This document shows, one piece after another, positions 60,555-64,000 of a DNA stretch of 64,000 bases. The translations under genes were made by a program, and so were the position numbers. The notes below the pieces were generated by a model. That model was not told the DNA's origin. It saw only the letters and a list, made by a program, of their open reading frames with translations, and did not search any database. The stretch is from positions 1-64,000 of IMG/VR virus record IMGVR_UViG_3300017655_000263; one strand, 5' to 3'. Source of the stretch: an uncultured virus (IMG/VR IMGVR_UViG_3300017655_000263) (taxonomy: Duplodnaviria; Heunggongvirae; Uroviricota; Caudoviricetes). Numbering within the stretch: the stretch's first letter is position 1; each line of letters begins with the position of its first letter.

Positions 60555-60701
60555 ATCGAGACTATCCCCTCAACTCATCGCAGGAAGTTTAAAACCGACG
60601 CCGAAGACGCCGACGCCAGCATATTGGGTATTTTGCTGCTTCCAACGAAGGTTGAGAGGTTAAATCGATACCCCAGCCGAAGCTGAGGGGACAATCTCGA
60701 T
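60555..60701 (-). ncRNA. Structured RNA motif (element B), homolog of element A
   Basis: 20-bp AUCGAGAUUGUCCCCUCAGC/GUUGAGGGGAUAGUCUCGAU pairing with three G-U pairs valid only on the minus strand; cUUCGg loops. Confidence 0.6.
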
Positions 60702-60706
60702 CATTT

Positions 60707-60915
60707 GTCATGAATCTCAGTGAGGGGGCAGGAGTTGCCGAGATGCCATTTACGCACATACGCTGAGAGGTACGCTATTGCAACTCGTAAAGTCACCTGC
60801 ATTACTGGATCTCCGTCCCCAGCACCGCGGCCGAAGCTTGACCTCGCCGGCTCGAGCCGGCATGAGTTGCGGCGTGTCTATCTGCTTTGCACCACCCCTC
60901 ACTTAGATTCATGAC
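60707..60915 (-). ncRNA. Structured RNA module C
   Basis: 21-bp closing inverted repeat gtcatgaatct(c/a)agtgagggg with one mismatch; internal hairpins such as gccggctcgagccggc. Confidence 0.5.
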
Positions 60916-60930
60916 TGTCATCATCAAACC

Positions 60931-61123
60931 AACCCAGGGACTCTAGGATTCGAACCTAGGTGGACATTATTGATCCAGGCAATTTCGTTTCATTTCCATC
61001 TGCCTGTAGGTTGGAACTCCCTCAGATTGGAACTCGATCTAGCCGCCCTATAGATTCTCCCTACCAATCGTTACAAAGAATCCAAAGCTCACACTCGCCA
61101 TCCCTGTGAATGTACCCCTGGGT
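60931..61123 (-). ncRNA. Structured RNA module D with a tRNA T-arm near its 3' end
   Basis: CUAGG-UUCGAAU-CCUAG then GUCCCUGGGU pairing with 5' ACCCAGGG; directly downstream of the promoter at 61165-61193. Confidence 0.55.
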
Positions 61124-61164
61124 CGGATTGATGACGTATTTGCTTGTTCATGTGCTATACATTA

Positions 61165-61193
61165 CTTATACGCCTAATGCAATACTATGTCAA
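61165..61193 (-). promoter_or_regulatory. Cassette promoter driving the 60.2-61.1 kb RNA array
   Basis: TTGACA-N17-TATAAG. Confidence 0.72.
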
Positions 61194-61250
61194 TACATCA
61201 ATTTAGGCCCTGGACAGAAGAAAACCCCACCAAGAGGTGGGGCTGTGAGC

Positions 61251-61514
61251 CTACTTATAGACTTGTCGGCGATGAGCAATCTTGATCACGGCAATAATCA
61301 GTACGTCATTCTCGAACTCGCAGATAATCCGGTAGTCACCGACGCGGTAGCGCCAAAGACCTAAAAAGTCTGCTGTTAGGGCCTTTCCTCGCACTCGCGG
61401 GTTCTCAAGGCTACTAACCTCTTCGAGATATTTGATGATTCTTTCTTGCCAGGTGCGATCGATCTTGCGCAGCGCCTTCCGGGCTGCCGGTTCAAATTCA
61501 ACTCGCCAAACCAA
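61251..61514 (-). CDS. relE: RelE/StbE-family toxin
   Basis: WRVEF...ARKALRKID...PR..GKAL....GLWRYRVGDYRIIC...HRRQVY. Confidence 0.9.
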   Translation of the reverse strand: MVWRVEFEPAARKALRKIDRTWQERIIKYLEEVSSLENPRVRGKALTADFLGLWRYRVGDYRIICEFENDVLIIAVIKIAHRRQVYK

Positions 61515-61725
61515 GCTCTCTCTTGACCTCCTCGAACGGAATCCTCTGGTTGCCTTCGGCGAGGATCGCCTGAGCATCCCTGATGTCTTCCTGGTCCTCT
61601 AGCCATTCAAGCAAGGCTTCCTGAGCAAGACTCTGCTTGTCACGACCTGTTAAGTGGGCGAGTTCAGTCAGCTCATCGTCGATTTCGCTATCGATAAGGA
61701 GGGTTACTTTTCGTGTTGTTGCCAT
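61498..61725 (-). CDS. RelB-like RHH antitoxin
   Basis: L.ELA..TGR.K...EAL.E.LED.ED...IPFEEVKRELGL; overlaps the toxin start. Confidence 0.85.
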   Translation of the reverse strand: MATTRKVTLLIDSEIDDELTELAHLTGRDKQSLAQEALLEWLEDQEDIRDAQAILAEGNQRIPFEEVKRELGLAS

Positions 61726-62802
61726 GTAGTGCCATCCTTTCGAGGTCACGCCTCCTTCTAATAGTAGCATCGGATTAGAACAGTGAAGGCTGTTGCGGCT
61801 TCTCATCCATCTCCGCCAACTGGCGGGTGTGGTAAGCAATGTGATTGCGTATCAACTGCATGGAAGTCACCAAAGCAAGCTGGTCGTCTCCACCGAAAGC
61901 GATCTCCCTGTCATAGTGACTCAAGGACTCAACACCACGCTCCTGCATGTCTGCAAGCCGCTGCCTACGTTCTTCGAGTTTGGCTACAATGTCCTCTCTG
62001 GTCTCTTTCACTGCATCACCCTTCTAGCTGTGGTCGACCGACAATCGATCAACCCCAGGCAGCGGATGACGCTGCCTACGCTTCCGTTTGCTTACCGGCT
62101 TAGGAGTCCTGCGTATCCGACTCGACTGGACTTATTATCGAGTCGATAGCCTGTATCATTTGGGCCTTGAGACGTGGGTCTTGCCTGAATGAGTTGACTG
62201 CTTTATCTACTGAGCCAGATAGCTCACCGACAAGCAGCTTGGCAACCTTATGCCTGAACTCAATCCTTAGTTGATTCTTGAACTCATCATCAAGCACCAC
62301 CTCCTTGAGAACGTCCTTCAGAACTGCCTCAAACTCTGGGGATACTTCAGCCATTACTTTATTCACGACTTCTCTTGCAGGGCTGCTATATTCGTTCGTC
62401 AGCCTATCCCTGAGAGCCGATACAAGAATGTCGCGCATATCTTCTTTACTTATCAATACTTCTTTCACTGTCCTCCATTCTGCGGCTAGGCCGCAATGTC
62501 CTTGTAATAGGCGTTTGCCTCTTCCTCCGTACTGAACAGCTTATCTGCTGGCCGAACGATCAACCCATCACTCTCGACGACGGTCACCACCCAGCGGCCC
62601 TTGAAGATATCGGAAAGATAGGGCTTGTCGACGCGCTCCACCACAAACTCTCGTGGCTGGTCTTTGTGCTCCTGGATCTTCTGGCGAAGCGCTGCGAGCT
62701 CCTCTGGCGTCTTGGGCTTTCGGTTGCGCAACGCCTCGTTGCTACGGTCGACTTCGGCCTGGCGCTGCTCGTAGAACTTCTTGGCGGAGACGTTGGGGAT
62801 GT

Positions 62803-63204
62803 TCATAAAGTCTCCTTGGTGATGATTCCTTGCTTGAATAGCTTGATGGCGAGCTTGCATGCGGCGTCTTCCGGAGCCATTGCTTCACTTCCGATACCAC
62901 AAGGGGAACCATCTAAATTGTTGTACTCCAATACCCAAGATCCATCGTCAAAAGGAATTATCTGTAGGCTCTGGTTTCCCAATATGAGCACTGGCAACTT
63001 CCTCAACAAATATCCTAGGTCATAGGCCGGGCTGTATGTGATGCAACCCATGGTGCCATAGCCAATTTTATTGAAGTGGATAGGCTTCCTGACTCCGCAA
63101 TCAGAGGCATTTCTGGAGTTCGTAATAATCACTAATTCGTGTCCAGGATCCCATCCGCTCAAGTAAAACAGCTCTTCACCTAGCTCTAGGGAGGCGTGAT
63201 TCAT
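62803..63204 (-). CDS. Conserved phage hypothetical protein
   Basis: ASLELGEEL..LSGW...PAYDLGYLLRKLP...PEDAACKLAIKL. Confidence 0.6.
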   Translation of the reverse strand: MNHASLELGEELFYLSGWDPGHELVIITNSRNASDCGVRKPIHFNKIGYGTMGCITYSPAYDLGYLLRKLPVLILGNQSLQIIPFDDGSWVLEYNNLDGSPCGIGSEAMAPEDAACKLAIKLFKQGIITKETL

Positions 63205-64000
63205 GCTTCCCCCACTCTAACCTTGCGCACCATAGGTGCGTTCTGGGTCTGCTGGAGAATGTCTTCCATCTTATTGACCGTGTCGACGTAGTCGTTACCG
63301 GTGAGCGCCTGCAGCTTCTCCAGGGCTGTTTGGGCGACCCAGGCCAGCTGATGCGCCCTGGTATTTCTGATGCGTTGTGCCTCATTTGCTGCCATGTAAT
63401 TATCCCCCTTATTGGTTATACATCTATATTATTACTATTATATTATTATGTCAATACACAAATTCATCACCTGCTGCTTCCGCCCTCGCCTTCGTCTCCA
63501 TCCGTGTCTGCCACGCCCTCACTCTAGGCAGATACACCTTCTTCAACCATTTGTAGTGCCTTCCCCGCCGCTCAAGAGCCTCGGTGAGGATCTCTCCCCA
63601 TAGTTTCCTGACTTCATCTTTTGCTTCGTCGGTTTCGGCAGCGCCATATTGCGCGTAGGCCATTTGCAAGCTGCCCATATGCAGGCGATCAAGCCAGTCC
63701 TGGCGGTGTTCTGCATCTCGTGGGGTGGTGGGTGGGGCTAGTGGTGCTGTAGCCTGGTGCTTGGCCATGATGGCCGCAACGTTGATTGTTCCGTGCATAA
63801 TCCCCCTTTACTGTGAAAGCCTCCGTCGCCGTGGGTACGGGTCGGGAGGCTTTCGTTCTATGCTGACTCTTCGGATAGTGTGCAAACGTCATAGAGCATC
63901 TTAGGAATCTCTAGGAGGAAGCCATCCTCGGAGACAAGATTATAGAAGTGTGTCTCTTTGGTTTCCGTCCGTCCTGTGCTGAGACCGTAGGAAAGAATAT

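Larger units (their letters stand above)
5711..64000 (-). mobile_element. Bacteriophage/prophage region (HK97-type head module plus large accessory region); boundaries not visible
   Basis: Co-oriented TerS, TerL, portal, prohead protease, capsid and fibre-like genes; dense small phage-type ORFs (YopX, HNH, Pnk, RNA ligase). No integrase or att site seen, and the CBASS at left may or may not belong to it. Confidence 0.92.

Noticed and set aside
60931..61123. tmRNA
   Set aside because: Too short, with no Ala-type acceptor or CCA end and no evident tag ORF.
1..64000. Firm host assignment or an alternative genetic code
   Set aside because: Long genes read cleanly in the standard code; host hints (LexA-like box, Pro/Thr-linker protein) are too weak to name a taxon.

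Overview
Most of this window (about 5.7-64 kb, nearly all minus strand) is part of a tailed-type (HK97-fold) bacteriophage or prophage. No integrase, replication core, lysis or recognisable tail-tube/tape-measure genes are visible. From left to right it holds: (i) a plus-strand type II CBASS operon (CD-NTase, Cap2 E2-E1, Cap3 JAB, HNH-SAVED effector) with a LexA-like palindrome upstream, converging on the virion genes; (ii) repeat-rich fibre-like proteins, major capsid, protease/scaffold, a portal-MuF fusion and terminase; (iii) an inserted ABC-ATPase plus unknown-partner cassette; (iv) about 38 kb of small accessory genes in promoter/terminator cassettes that share a TTGACA-N17-TATAAG-type promoter. 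The strongest signal is an RNA-repair locus at 44.2-49.2 kb. One promoter precedes three Y-RNA-like tRNA mimics, each keeping an anticodon loop (Ser-UGA, Asn-GUU, Lys-UUU), then a fourth structured RNA, Ro60/TROVE, a membrane-anchored coiled-coil gene, an RNA ligase and a Pnk kinase-phosphatase. Two further ORF-poor arrays of structured RNA modules lie at about 51.1-51.7 kb and 60.2-61.1 kb, and the second repeats the motif found upstream of Ro60. An Acb1-like 2H phosphodiesterase occurs in the same window as the CBASS. All calls come from reading motifs by eye; no database searches or folding programs were run.
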